Notes under the pieces: generated by a model
Seen by the model: only the letters and a program-made list of their open reading frames with translations
Database searches by the model: none
Told to the model about the DNA's origin: nothing
Made by a program: the position numbers and the translations under genes
From: Desulfobulbus propionicus DSM 2032
GTDB lineage: Bacteria; Desulfobacterota; Desulfobulbia; Desulfobulbales; Desulfobulbaceae
Assembly: GCF_000186885.1 (NCBI RefSeq)
Contig: NC_014972.1
Coordinates: 270,001-302,000, forward strand
Reading direction: 5' to 3'
DNA: 32,000 nt
Shown: piece after piece, positions 1-8,381 of the stretch
Layout: every line of letters begins with the position of its first letter
Numbering within the stretch: the first letter of the stretch is position 1

Positions 1-128
1 GACCAGTTTCTTGGCCACCTGTGCCGCAAGGCCGGTTTGGCGCAAGGCGCTTGGCGTTCCGGAACGCTTGGCGTTTTTACCTATCAGGTCCAATCCTTCG
101 AGGAACCCCGCGCAGACGGGTGAACCCC

Positions 129-752
129 ATGAAAGAACTGTTTCTTCCCCCGGAACTCTCCTGCGAGATCAGCGAGATCTACGCCTCCATGGCCACCGCC
201 TACGACGAGGTGGCCCGCGCCATCACCCTGACCTGCGAGGGCTGTCCGGACAACTGTTGCGACTCCTATTTCCTCCACTACACCTATTGCGAATGGGCCT
301 ACCTGTGGGAGGGCATTCGCGCCCTGGATGACGCCCGTCTGGATCGGATCATGCAGCGGGCGCGGGACTATGTGGAGCAGAGTCGCGTGCTGATCGCCCG
401 GGGCCAGCGGCCGCAGATCATGTGCCCGCTCAACGAGGACGGCCTGTGCGGCCTGTACACGCATCGCCTGATGATCTGCCGCACCCACGGGGTGCCGGCC
501 ACCTTGACCCGGCCGGATGGCCAGCATCTCCGCTTCCCCGGCTGTTTTCGTTGCCAGGAGATCGTCAAGGCCACCTATGCGGCGGAAACCGATGCTCCGG
601 CCATGGACCGGACCATCCTCTACAAGCGGCTGGCGCAGCTGGAATCGCGTTTTTTGGGCGACAAACGCGGCCTCTTCCCCAAAATCAAGCTGACCATCGC
701 CGAGATGATTGTCGGCGGCCCGCCCAGGGACATTAAAACCAACCGGAACTGA
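129..752 (+). CDS. YkgJ-family (UPF0153, CxxCxxCC-type) cysteine-cluster / putative Fe-S or Zn-binding protein
   Basis: The translation contains LTCEGCPDNCCDSYF, then CPLNEDGLCGLYTHRLMICRTHG and GCFRCQ, the Cys pattern of the YkgJ/UPF0153 family. The track ORF starts at 21, but I chose the ATG at 129 (MKELFLPP...) because the upstream 36 residues are Arg/Pro-rich junk. Family recognised from memory only. Confidence 0.65.
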   Translation: MKELFLPPELSCEISEIYASMATAYDEVARAITLTCEGCPDNCCDSYFLHYTYCEWAYLWEGIRALDDARLDRIMQRARDYVEQSRVLIARGQRPQIMCPLNEDGLCGLYTHRLMICRTHGVPATLTRPDGQHLRFPGCFRCQEIVKATYAAETDAPAMDRTILYKRLAQLESRFLGDKRGLFPKIKLTIAEMIVGGPPRDIKTNRN

Positions 753-776
753 TCGCCGTCAAGGCACCCAGACATT

Positions 777-1745
777 ATGGACTCCATCGTACACCAGGCC
801 ACAGAAACGATTCTCACCGGCGGCCAGATCGACCGGTCCACCGCGTCGCGATTGCTCGGCAGCGACAAAGAGGAGCTCTATCGCAGCGCCGATGCCATCC
901 GCCGTCATTTCTGCGGCAACCACTTCGACCTCTGTTCGATCATCAATGCCAAGAGCGGCAACTGCACCGAGAACTGCCGATTCTGCGCTCAGTCGGCGCG
1001 CCACCGCACCGGTATCGACACCTATACCGTGATTCCCGAGGAGGAAGCCCTGGCCCAGGCCCGGGACAACGACGAGCACGGCGTGCATCGCATTTCGCTG
1101 GTCACCAGCGGCCGCAGCCTGTCGCCGGAGACGGTGGCAGAGCTGACTCACCTCTATCAGAAGATGGCCCAGACCACTTCGATGCTGTTCTGCGCCTCGG
1201 CCGGTTTTCTTGACGAGCGGATCGCCCGCGATCTGTATGCGGCCGGGGTGCGGCGCTACCACTGCAACCTGGAGGCGAGCCGCACCTATTTTCCCCAGGT
1301 GTGTACCACCCATACCTGGGAGGAAAAGGTCGAAACCCTGCGCCTGGCCCGCCAGACCGGCATGTCGCTCTGTTCGGGCGGCATCATCGGCATGGGCGAG
1401 ACCATGGAGGATCGACTCGACATGGCCTTTGAGCTGCGCGAGCTTGCGGTCAAATCGATCCCGGTCAACATCCTCACCGCCATTGAGGGCACGCCGTTGG
1501 CCGATCTGCAACCGTTGTCGGTGGACGAGGTCCTGACCACGGTGGCCCTGTTCCGCTTCATCAATCCCGACGCGGTGATCCGCATGGCCGGCGGCCGGCA
1601 GCAGCTGGGCGAGGAACAGTACCGCTGCTTCACCGCCGGCGCCAACGGCGCCATTGTCGGCAACTACCTGACCACCACCGGTTCGGGGATCGCCGGTGAT
1701 CTGCACCATCTCACGGAGCTTGGCTTCACCTTTGCGCGCGGATAA
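777..1745 (+). CDS. bioB: Biotin synthase (radical SAM)
   Basis: 322 aa. Radical-SAM motif [11 protein letters not shown] near the N-terminus, then [19 protein letters not shown] and [10 protein letters not shown], which are typical BioB blocks. It is followed 4 nt later by bioA. Confidence 0.92.
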   Translation: MDSIVHQATETILTGGQIDRSTASRLLGSDKEELYRSADAIRRHFCGNHFDLCSIINAKSGNCTENCRFCAQSARHRTGIDTYTVIPEEEALAQARDNDEHGVHRISLVTSGRSLSPETVAELTHLYQKMAQTTSMLFCASAGFLDERIARDLYAAGVRRYHCNLEASRTYFPQVCTTHTWEEKVETLRLARQTGMSLCSGGIIGMGETMEDRLDMAFELRELAVKSIPVNILTAIEGTPLADLQPLSVDEVLTTVALFRFINPDAVIRMAGGRQQLGEEQYRCFTAGANGAIVGNYLTTTGSGIAGDLHHLTELGFTFARG

Positions 1746-1749
1746 GACC

Positions 1750-3033
1750 ATGGCCAGCGACAGTCTGCTGCGATTCGATCGCGACCACCTCTGGCACCCC
1801 TACACCTCGACCACCCGGCCGCTGCCGGTCTATCCGGTGGCTTCGGCTTCGGGCGTGCGCATCCGGCTGATGGACGGCCGGGAGTTGATCGACGGCATGT
1901 CCTCCTGGTGGTGCGCCATCCACGGTTACAACCACCCGGTGCTCAATCGGGCGATCCGCGAGCAGAGCGAGCGCATGGCCCACGTCATGTTCGGCGGCCT
2001 GACCCACGAACCGGCGGTGGAGCTGGGCCGGCTCCTGGTGCAACTCACGCCGGAACCGCTGGACAAGGTCTTTCTCTGCGACTCGGGCTCGGTCAGCGTC
2101 GAGGTGGCCCTGAAAATGGCCCTGCAGTACCAGCAGGCCATGGGCCGGCCGGAGCGGCACCGGCTGCTCACCGTGCGCGGCGGCTACCATGGCGACACCT
2201 TCCATGCCATGTCGGTCTGCGACCCGATCACCGGCATGCACACCCTGTTCGAGCGTTCCCTGCCGCAGCAACTCTTTGCCCCCCGCCCCACCTGCCGCTT
2301 TGGCGGCCCATGGGACGAGTCCGATCTGGCCTCCATGGCCGAGCTGCTGGCCGAGCGCCATCACGAGACGGCGGCGGTGATTATCGAACCCATTGTCCAG
2401 GGCGCGGGGGGCATGTGGTTCTATCATCCCGAGTATTTGCGCGGCCTGCGGCGACTGTGCGACCGCTACGGCGTGCTGCTGATCTTCGATGAGATCGCCA
2501 CCGGCTTTGGCCGCACCGGGGTTCTCTTCGCGGCCGAGCATGCCGGGGTCGCTCCGGATATCCTGTGCGCGGGCAAGGCCATCACTGGCGGCACCATGAC
2601 CCTGGCCGCCACCCTGGCCACCACCGAAGTGGCCACCGCCGTCTCCAACGGCGCGGCCGGCGTGTTCATGCACGGGCCCACCTTCATGGGCAATCCGCTC
2701 GCCTGCCATGTGGCCTGTGCCTCAATCAACCTGTTGCGGGCAACGCCTTGGCAGGAGCGGGTGGCCGCCATCGCCAGCCAGCTGGAACAAGAGCTTGAAT
2801 TGGCCCGCAGCCTGCCCACCGTGGCCGATGTCCGCGTGTTGGGCGCCATCGGGGTGATTGAGACCACACAACCGGTGGACATGGCCGTGCTGCAGCGCTT
2901 TTTCGTCGACCAGGGAGTGTGGATTCGTCCCTTCGGCCGTCTGCTCTACCTCATGCCGCCCTTCATCATCGAACCGGACGAATTGTCGCAGCTGACGAGC
3001 GCCCTGGTTCGGGCGGCGGCAATGGTCCAGTGA
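1750..3033 (+). CDS. bioA: Adenosylmethionine-8-amino-7-oxononanoate aminotransferase (class III PLP aminotransferase)
   Basis: N-terminus [11 protein letters not shown], then [37 protein letters not shown] and [10 protein letters not shown] (PLP lysine region). I chose the ATG at 1750 (MASDSLL) rather than the track start at 1696, which overlaps bioB. Confidence 0.9.
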   Translation: MASDSLLRFDRDHLWHPYTSTTRPLPVYPVASASGVRIRLMDGRELIDGMSSWWCAIHGYNHPVLNRAIREQSERMAHVMFGGLTHEPAVELGRLLVQLTPEPLDKVFLCDSGSVSVEVALKMALQYQQAMGRPERHRLLTVRGGYHGDTFHAMSVCDPITGMHTLFERSLPQQLFAPRPTCRFGGPWDESDLASMAELLAERHHETAAVIIEPIVQGAGGMWFYHPEYLRGLRRLCDRYGVLLIFDEIATGFGRTGVLFAAEHAGVAPDILCAGKAITGGTMTLAATLATTEVATAVSNGAAGVFMHGPTFMGNPLACHVACASINLLRATPWQERVAAIASQLEQELELARSLPTVADVRVLGAIGVIETTQPVDMAVLQRFFVDQGVWIRPFGRLLYLMPPFIIEPDELSQLTSALVRAAAMVQ

Positions 3034-3075
3034 CCGCAGCCGCCGTTCTTCCAACTCCTTTGCCGCAGGCAAGCG

Positions 3076-4290
3076 ATGAAACGGGAACTGATCAATAAAA
3101 GCGTGCTCCTGGCCTTGGTGCTGCTCATCTCGGCCCTGTTCCTCGACATGATCCGGCAGTTTCTGATGCCGATGTTCATGGCCGGCATCTTCTCCGCCAT
3201 TCTCAGCCCGGCCCACCGTTGGCTGACCGCGAGAATCGGCAATCGGGAGAATATCGCCTCGATCCTGGTGATCGTCGGCATCGTGGTGCTGGTGCTGGCG
3301 CCGCTGTCCATCCTTGTCGGCGTGGTGGTCGGCCAGGCCATCAGCGTCAGCCAGTCGGTCACCCCCTGGGTGCAGTCTTTCATCAACGAGCCGACCGCGA
3401 TCACCGCCTACATGGAAAAATTTCCCTATTACAAGGAAATTCTCCCCTACCGGGCGGTGATCATCGAAAAAGCCGGGATGATGGTGGGCAATCTCTCCAC
3501 CTTCCTCATCAACAGCCTCTCGGAGGTGACCAAGCTGACCGTCAACGCGGTCTTCAGCAGCGTGATCATGCTCTACGTGATGTTTTACTTCCTCACCATG
3601 GGCGAGGTGCTGCTCACCAAGATCCTCTATTTTCTCCCCCTCCAAGACCGCGATGAACGTCGTCTGTTGCGGCGGTTCACCTCGGTGACCAAGGCCACCC
3701 TCAAGGGCACGCTGATCATCGGCGCGCTCCAGGGGTTCATCTGCGGCGTGGCCTTTGCCCTGGCCGGGATCCAGGGACCGGTGTTCTGGGGCACGGTCAT
3801 GGCGGTGATGTCGATCATTCCCGCCTTTGGCACGGCCATTGTCTGGGTGCCGGCCCTGATCATCCTCGCCCTCAAGGGACAATTTTTCGGTGCGGTCATC
3901 CTCGGTGTGCTCTGCGGGGCGGTGGCCGGCAACCTCGACAATCTGCTCCGTCCCCGGCTGGTGGGCAAGGACACCGAGATGCACGACCTGTTCGTCCTCT
4001 TCGGGACCCTCGGCGGCATTTCCATGTTCGGTGTTCTCGGCATCATCATCGGTCCGATCGTCGCCGCCCTGTTCATCACCATCTGGGAGATCTACGGCAA
4101 GGCCTTCGAGGCCTATCTGCCCGATGTCGGGCCGTTGTTCAACCACAACCCGAGTGGGGGCGCCGTACCGGACTCCCTGACTGCCGAAGAGGTATCCGAT
4201 GCAACCGCGGAGTCGCCTCGCACGGCCGGGGAGGACGCCCCCAAAGCGGAGGAGCGGACAAGCGGCGACACAAACGGAAAGAGGGATTGA
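3076..4290 (+). CDS. AI-2E family transporter (PerM/YhhT, UPF0118) with an acidic disordered C-terminal tail
   Basis: 404 aa polytopic membrane protein. Its blocks (TLKGTLIIGALQG, IIPAFGTAIVWVPA, LLRPRLVGKDTEMHDLFVLFGTLGG, GIIIGPIVAAL) match the AI-2E/UPF0118 family as I remember it. Confidence 0.8.
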   Translation: MKRELINKSVLLALVLLISALFLDMIRQFLMPMFMAGIFSAILSPAHRWLTARIGNRENIASILVIVGIVVLVLAPLSILVGVVVGQAISVSQSVTPWVQSFINEPTAITAYMEKFPYYKEILPYRAVIIEKAGMMVGNLSTFLINSLSEVTKLTVNAVFSSVIMLYVMFYFLTMGEVLLTKILYFLPLQDRDERRLLRRFTSVTKATLKGTLIIGALQGFICGVAFALAGIQGPVFWGTVMAVMSIIPAFGTAIVWVPALIILALKGQFFGAVILGVLCGAVAGNLDNLLRPRLVGKDTEMHDLFVLFGTLGGISMFGVLGIIIGPIVAALFITIWEIYGKAFEAYLPDVGPLFNHNPSGGAVPDSLTAEEVSDATAESPRTAGEDAPKAEERTSGDTNGKRD

Positions 4291-4420
4291 ACGTCCCGCC
4301 TTTCTTCGGTACGCCTGGACCATCGGCAGCGGTACCGGTGGCGGCGCGTGATCGATCAGCGCGGGAACGGGCCGCAAGGCGTCATCACTTTTCAATTAAA
4401 ACAGCTTGTTGGAGGCATGC

Positions 4421-5599
4421 ATGAGCGAAGCGACCCGGGTCAAGAATACAGGGCTGCGTGGAGTGACCGTCGCCGATTCGGCGATCAGTTTCATTGACGG
4501 CGAAAAGGGGGTACTGATTTACCGGGGCTATCGGATCGAGGATCTGGCCGACCATTCGTCCTTCATGGAAACCGCCTTTTTGCTGCTGTTCGGCACCCTG
4601 CCCACAGGCGAACAGCTGGAAGGATTTACCGGTCAGGTCAAAGGCATGCGTCAGGTGCCGCCGTACGTGCTGGAGAGCATGCGTCACTGGCCCAAGGATG
4701 CCCGGCCCATGGATGTGCTCCAGGCGAGCGTGCCGCTGCTGGCCATGGCCGAGCAGCACAGCGATACCATGGACCGCGATGTCTGCCTGCAGCGGTCCAT
4801 CGGTCTGCTGGCGCAGATGCCCACTCTGGTGGCCGCCTGGCACCGTATCCGCACCGGCCAACCGGTGCTCGAACCGGACCCGGACCTGGACCATGCCGCC
4901 AACTTCCTGTGGATGCTCCAGGGGAAAAAACCGGATGCGGCCACGGCCCACGACCTCGACGTCTGCCTGATTCTCCATGCCGACCACACCTTCAATGCCT
5001 CGACCTTTGCCGCCCGCGAGGTGGTGTCCACCCGGGCCAGCCTCTATGCCGGGGTGGCCGCCGGCCTGGGGGCGCTGTCCGGCAGCCTGCACGGCGGCGC
5101 CAACGCCAAAGTGATGGAAATGCTGCTCAAGCTGGAAAACGAACCGGATGTCGAGGGATGGGTGAAGAAACAGCTCAGCGAGGGGGACCGGATCATGGGC
5201 ATGGGGCACGCCATCTACAAAACCGGCGACCCGCGCGCGGTCTACTTGAAGAAAATGGGCCAGCGGCTGGGCGAGAAGACCGGCGGCAAATGGGCGAGCA
5301 TCTCCCAGCGGATCGAGCAAACCGCCTTGGCCATCTTTGCCGAGCGCGGCAAGACCACCATCCTGCCCAACGTTGATTTCAACTCGGCGCCGGTCTATTA
5401 CCTTATGGGCATTCCCACCGATCTGATGACTCCGGTGTTTGCCGTTTCGCGGGTCGCCGGCTGGTGCGCCCATATCATCGAGGAGCAGTTCGCCGACGCC
5501 CAGGGCAAACCGGCGCTCTATCGGCCCCAGGCCCAGTACGTGGGTGAATACTGCGGCCTGATGGGCTGCGAGTATTCGCCGGTGAACAAACGGGAATAA
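4421..5599 (+). CDS. Citrate synthase (short dimeric type; 2-methylcitrate synthase cannot be excluded)
   Basis: YRGYRIEDLA, LILHADHTFNAST, SGSLHGGAN, GMGHAIYKTGDPRA and NVDFNSAPVY are canonical citrate synthase family blocks. I chose the ATG at 4421, which has GGAGG at 4411-4415. The track start at 4406 is a TTG. Confidence 0.88.
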   Translation: MSEATRVKNTGLRGVTVADSAISFIDGEKGVLIYRGYRIEDLADHSSFMETAFLLLFGTLPTGEQLEGFTGQVKGMRQVPPYVLESMRHWPKDARPMDVLQASVPLLAMAEQHSDTMDRDVCLQRSIGLLAQMPTLVAAWHRIRTGQPVLEPDPDLDHAANFLWMLQGKKPDAATAHDLDVCLILHADHTFNASTFAAREVVSTRASLYAGVAAGLGALSGSLHGGANAKVMEMLLKLENEPDVEGWVKKQLSEGDRIMGMGHAIYKTGDPRAVYLKKMGQRLGEKTGGKWASISQRIEQTALAIFAERGKTTILPNVDFNSAPVYYLMGIPTDLMTPVFAVSRVAGWCAHIIEEQFADAQGKPALYRPQAQYVGEYCGLMGCEYSPVNKRE

Positions 5600-5608
5600 G
5601 GGTTGGGG

Positions 5609-5631
5609 GCGGGGCGAAGGCGAGGCCCCGC
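5609..5631. terminator. GC-rich hairpin between convergent citrate synthase and HD-GYP genes (possible terminator, no U-tract)
   Basis: GCGGGGC (5609-5615) and GCCCCGC (5625-5631) form a perfect 7-bp stem with a 9-nt loop. There is no T-run on either side. Confidence 0.3.
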
Positions 5632-5633
5632 GG

Positions 5634-7355
5634 TCACCACGCCGCCGCGGTCAAATCGACCCGTTTATCCGCGATCAGGCGCAGACAGGCATCCACGCTT
5701 TCCGCGTGGTAGAGAACGCCCCGGCCTGAACGAATCTCCTCCACCGCCGTTTCCAGACCCAGGGAGGGACGGTATGGGCGGTGCGAACTCATGGCCTCGA
5801 CCACGTCGGCCACGGTGAGGATTTTCGCTTCCAGCAGGATTTCCTTGTCGGTAAGCCCGCGCGGATAGCCGGACCCGTCGAGATGTTCATGGTGCTGGTA
5901 GACGATGTCCGCCACCGGCCACGGGAAGGGGATGTTCTTGAGGATCTCGTAACCGACCTCGGTGTGGCATTTGATGATCGCCCGTTCCTGCGCCGAGAGG
6001 CGGGCCGGTTTGGCCAGGTATTCCGAGGGCAGGCTGATCTTGCCAATGTCGTGCAGCAGGGCGGCGAAATGCAGCCCCTCGATCTGCTTCTCCGGCAAGC
6101 CCAGTTCGCGGGCAATGGCGCAGGCCAGCGTGTCGACCCGCATCTGGTGGCCAGCGGTGTAAGGGTCGCGTTTTTCGGCGGCCAGGGCCAGCGACTTGAC
6201 CGTTTCCTCCAAACTGGTGTGCAGCTCGTCGCGGCTCTTTTTCAGGGCCTCGATGGCGTTCTTGCGCTCGGAAATGTCGCGGGCAATGCCCCGGTACCCC
6301 AAAAGCTCACCGTCATCGCCGAACACCGGCACCCCGTTTTTCTCGATCACCACCACTCGTCCGTCCCGGGTTTGACACACGGTTTCAAAGCCGTTGAACG
6401 GTTTGCGCGACGCGATCAGTTTCTTGAAAATACGGCTGGTGCGGTCTAGTTCCTGAACGGCGACCAGGTCCTCCAGCTGCTTGCCGATGATCTCCTCGGC
6501 CGCAAACCCCAGCAGATCGCGCACCTTGGGGCTGCTGTAGGTATAGGCCCCGGCCGGATCGATCTCCCAGATCCAGTCGCTGGTGGTTTCCACCAGGGAG
6601 CGGAACCGCTCGTTGCTCTCTTCCAGGGCGGTCAGCAGCCGTTCCCGCTCTTCCCAGATGATCCGCCGCACCCGATCGGCCAGCACCGTATGGCGGATGA
6701 TGTAGAAGGCGAGAAAGGCGTTGAGCAGGAGAATGACGGTGGCAATGGCGTTGAGCTGTTTGGCGATCAGGCCGATTTCGACATTGACATCGTCAATGTA
6801 CAGCCCCGTGCCGATTACCCAGCCCCAGGGCGCGAATCCCTTGACATAGGACAGTTTGGGCACGATCCTGTTGGGGTCGTCCTGCCACTGGAAGAGATAT
6901 TCCACATAACCGGCACCCTGGGCCTTGACCACCCGGACGAATTCTTCCAGCAGGTTCTTGCCCGTGGGATAGCGGAAATCCGGGACCGCTTCGCCGCGCA
7001 GATCGGGGCGGTAGGGGTGGACCACGATCAGGGCGTTCATGTCGTTGATCCAGAAGTAATCCTTGTTGGCCGGACCGTAGCGGAGGTCGGCAATGATCTG
7101 CAGAACCTGCTTTTGTGCAGCCTCGCGGCTCATCTCGCCGTTGCGCTCCATCTTCTCATAGGCAGCGATGACATCGTAGACGATCTCGGCCATTTCCCGC
7201 AGCATCTCCCGTTTTTTTTCCAACAGGTTTTCCTTGAACGACGGGAGGATGATGACAAAGGTGGCGGTGACGAACAGCAGAATGGTGAACAGGGCCGGCA
7301 GGGCGATCCTGATGGAGATGGCATGGGCGAATTTTCGTTTTTTTTCCTTCTCCAT
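5634..7355 (-). CDS. Membrane sensor HD-GYP domain c-di-GMP phosphodiesterase (TM - single Cache-like periplasmic domain - TM - PAS - HD-GYP)
   Basis: The C-terminal HD-GYP signature is present: LLHDIGK ... HHEHLDGSGYPRGL. The N-terminal TM segment is followed by DYFWINDMNALIVVHPYRPDLRG (Cache_2-like), a second TM (IATVILLLNAFLAFYII), and then a PAS-like block (ERFRSLVETTSDWIWEID...). I chose the ATG at 7355 (MEKEKKRKF). Confidence 0.85.
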   Translation of the reverse strand: MEKEKKRKFAHAISIRIALPALFTILLFVTATFVIILPSFKENLLEKKREMLREMAEIVYDVIAAYEKMERNGEMSREAAQKQVLQIIADLRYGPANKDYFWINDMNALIVVHPYRPDLRGEAVPDFRYPTGKNLLEEFVRVVKAQGAGYVEYLFQWQDDPNRIVPKLSYVKGFAPWGWVIGTGLYIDDVNVEIGLIAKQLNAIATVILLLNAFLAFYIIRHTVLADRVRRIIWEERERLLTALEESNERFRSLVETTSDWIWEIDPAGAYTYSSPKVRDLLGFAAEEIIGKQLEDLVAVQELDRTSRIFKKLIASRKPFNGFETVCQTRDGRVVVIEKNGVPVFGDDGELLGYRGIARDISERKNAIEALKKSRDELHTSLEETVKSLALAAEKRDPYTAGHQMRVDTLACAIARELGLPEKQIEGLHFAALLHDIGKISLPSEYLAKPARLSAQERAIIKCHTEVGYEILKNIPFPWPVADIVYQHHEHLDGSGYPRGLTDKEILLEAKILTVADVVEAMSSHRPYRPSLGLETAVEEIRSGRGVLYHAESVDACLRLIADKRVDLTAAAW

Positions 7356-7644
7356 GCACGGTACCGAGGCGGGGGATGGCTGGTTGAGAAACAGGAGACG
7401 AACATCGGCGCTCAAACCGGAACAACGGTGTTCCCCGCAGCCCGGCGGTCCCGAAGCCGCGGTGCATTCGCCGCGCGCGATGTGTCCCTCATGCGCGCAA
7501 CATAATGGCTATGTCCAAGATCAGCAAGGATTCTTCCGCGTTTTCCCGTTGACAGGCCAATCGGCGGCTGTGATCTGCCGCTGGACAGGGTGTGCACATT
7601 GCGCTTGACTTTACCGGCTCAATCAAGTTCCTTTACACACAAGT

Positions 7645-7799
7645 TTCAGGTTCCTTTCGAGGATTAATAGGGAACTCCGTGGAATTCGGAGACGGGCCCG
7701 CCGCTGTAACCGGGGACGACCACCACAGTTCAGTCACTGACCTTCAGGTTGGGAAGGCGTGGTGGAAGGGTGAACCGGAAGTCAGAATACCTGCCTGAA
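7645..7799 (+). promoter_or_regulatory. Cobalamin (adenosylcobalamin/B12) riboswitch aptamer
   Basis: The P1 stem is TTCAGG (7645-7650) pairing with CCTGAA (7794-7799). The conserved core TTAATAGGGAACTCCGTGGAATTCGGAGACGGGCCCGCCGCTGTAACCGGGG parallels the E. coli btuB leader TTAATAGGGAATCCAGTGCGAATCTGGAGCTGACGCGCAGCGGTAAGG. It also has GGGAAGGCG and the B12-box GAAGTCAGAATACCTGCC (7779-7795). Confidence 0.9.
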
Positions 7800-7859
7800 G
7801 CGTGACAGTCGCTCTCCGCGGATCTGAGAGACGGCGCCGAGACGAGGATCAACCAGGGC

Positions 7860-7901
7860 ATCCCCGGATCATTTGCACACAATGATCCGGGGATTTTTTT
7901 T
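7860..7901 (+). terminator. Rho-independent terminator (expression platform of the riboswitch)
   Basis: ATCCCCGGATCATT (7860-7873) and AATGATCCGGGGAT (7881-7894) form a perfect 14-bp stem with loop TGCACAC. A run of 8 T follows immediately (7894-7901). Confidence 0.88.
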
Positions 7902-8300
7902 GTCGATTCAGCGCGGCTCCCGGATCGCAGGGACGGAACGCCTGGCAGCGCATCGTGTGTGGACGCTGCCGCTTTTCCGTGGAACGGCTCCTTGAAACGA
8001 AAGGGGCCTGTGTGAGGAAGCAAGGTTTGTTGTTGGCCATGTCCGGGATGCGCGGCGGCGGTATTGTTTGCCGGCGATATTGCCGCCCGCTCTCCTCCTG
8101 CCTCCCTGTATCGCATTCCTGCCCCCATCGTGACCTGCCCGAAGCCATTCGACCCCGTCGTTCGGGAAGAATGGGCGAGGCGATCCCAGTTGCAAACGAG
8201 TCGCCTCCTTTTTCTGCGGTTCCGGGTGCCTCCGGCGCGCCGAGAGCCTTCCTCTCTCTCGCCCCGCAGGCGACAAAACGGTGTTTGTCTCAATAACCCC

Positions 8301-8329
8301 TTGATTTTCGATGAAGTTATAACGATAAT
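8301..8329 (+). promoter_or_regulatory. Candidate sigma70-type promoter of the prkA operon
   Basis: TTGATT (8301-8306), a 17-nt spacer, then GATAAT (8324-8329). It lies in the only AT-rich patch of the region, about 50 nt upstream of the prkA ATG. This is a motif match only. Confidence 0.4.
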
Positions 8330-8381
8330 AAAAACAATCCGCTCTGGCAAACGTATCCTGATCTGGTCAAGGAGGAACAAG

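Noticed and set aside
48-78. A 14-bp perfect palindrome GCGTTCCGGAACGC (54-67) embedded in an 11-bp direct repeat CGCTTGGCGTT (48-58 and 65-75), followed by TTTTT. It was considered as a BirA operator or as the terminator of an upstream gene.
   Set aside because: It does not resemble the BirA operators I know (TGTAAAC/TGTTAAC-type half sites). It also lies at the window edge, so the upstream context that would decide between terminator and operator is not visible.
2722-4395. A 557-aa minus-strand ORF, plus many similar long ORFs opposite annotated genes: 759-1751(-), 1726-2709(-), 4385-5473(-), 8403-9698(-), 10480-11601(-), 11840-13051(-), 13473-14297(-), 14460-15650(-), 16632-18329(+), 19271-20272(+), 22248-23336(+), 28220-29161(+).
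   Set aside because: Their translations are Arg/Gly/Pro/His/Asp-rich low-complexity strings with no family resemblance. Each lies antisense to an ORF with unmistakable homology. These are the shadow ORFs expected in GC-rich DNA.
7549-7640. sigma70 promoter candidates for the riboswitch transcript: TTGACA at 7549-7554 and TTGACT at 7605-7610.
   Set aside because: Both have good -35 hexamers, but neither has an acceptable -10 hexamer at a 16-19 nt spacing (GATCTG and TTCCTT). A promoter must exist nearby, but I cannot place it from sequence alone.
7955-8296. A Cys/Arg-rich 113-aa + strand ORF (or its 85-aa ATG-started core from about 8038) as the gene controlled by the riboswitch.
   Set aside because: It has no convincing RBS. 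Its composition (Arg, Pro, Ser and Cys rich) is typical of out-of-frame GC-rich sequence, and it has no recognisable family. It is kept only as a caveat to the ncRNA hypothesis.
8344-8360. A sigma54-like element CTGGCAAACGTATCCTG upstream of prkA (E. coli yeaGH is NtrC/sigma54-influenced).
   Set aside because: The -24 GG is present, but the -12 TTGC element is missing (TCCT in its place). TGGACAGGGTGTGCA at about 7582-7596 has the wrong GG-to-GC spacing. Neither fits the consensus.
8064-8381. An in-frame N-terminal extension of the prkA ORF (106 extra residues from the track start at 8064).
   Set aside because: The extension (MFAGDIAARSPPASLYRIPAPIV...RRRQNGVCLNN) is not protein-like and has no counterpart in PrkA/YeaG. 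The ATG at 8382 has a strong AAGGAGG RBS, and a sigma70-like promoter lies inside the supposed extension.
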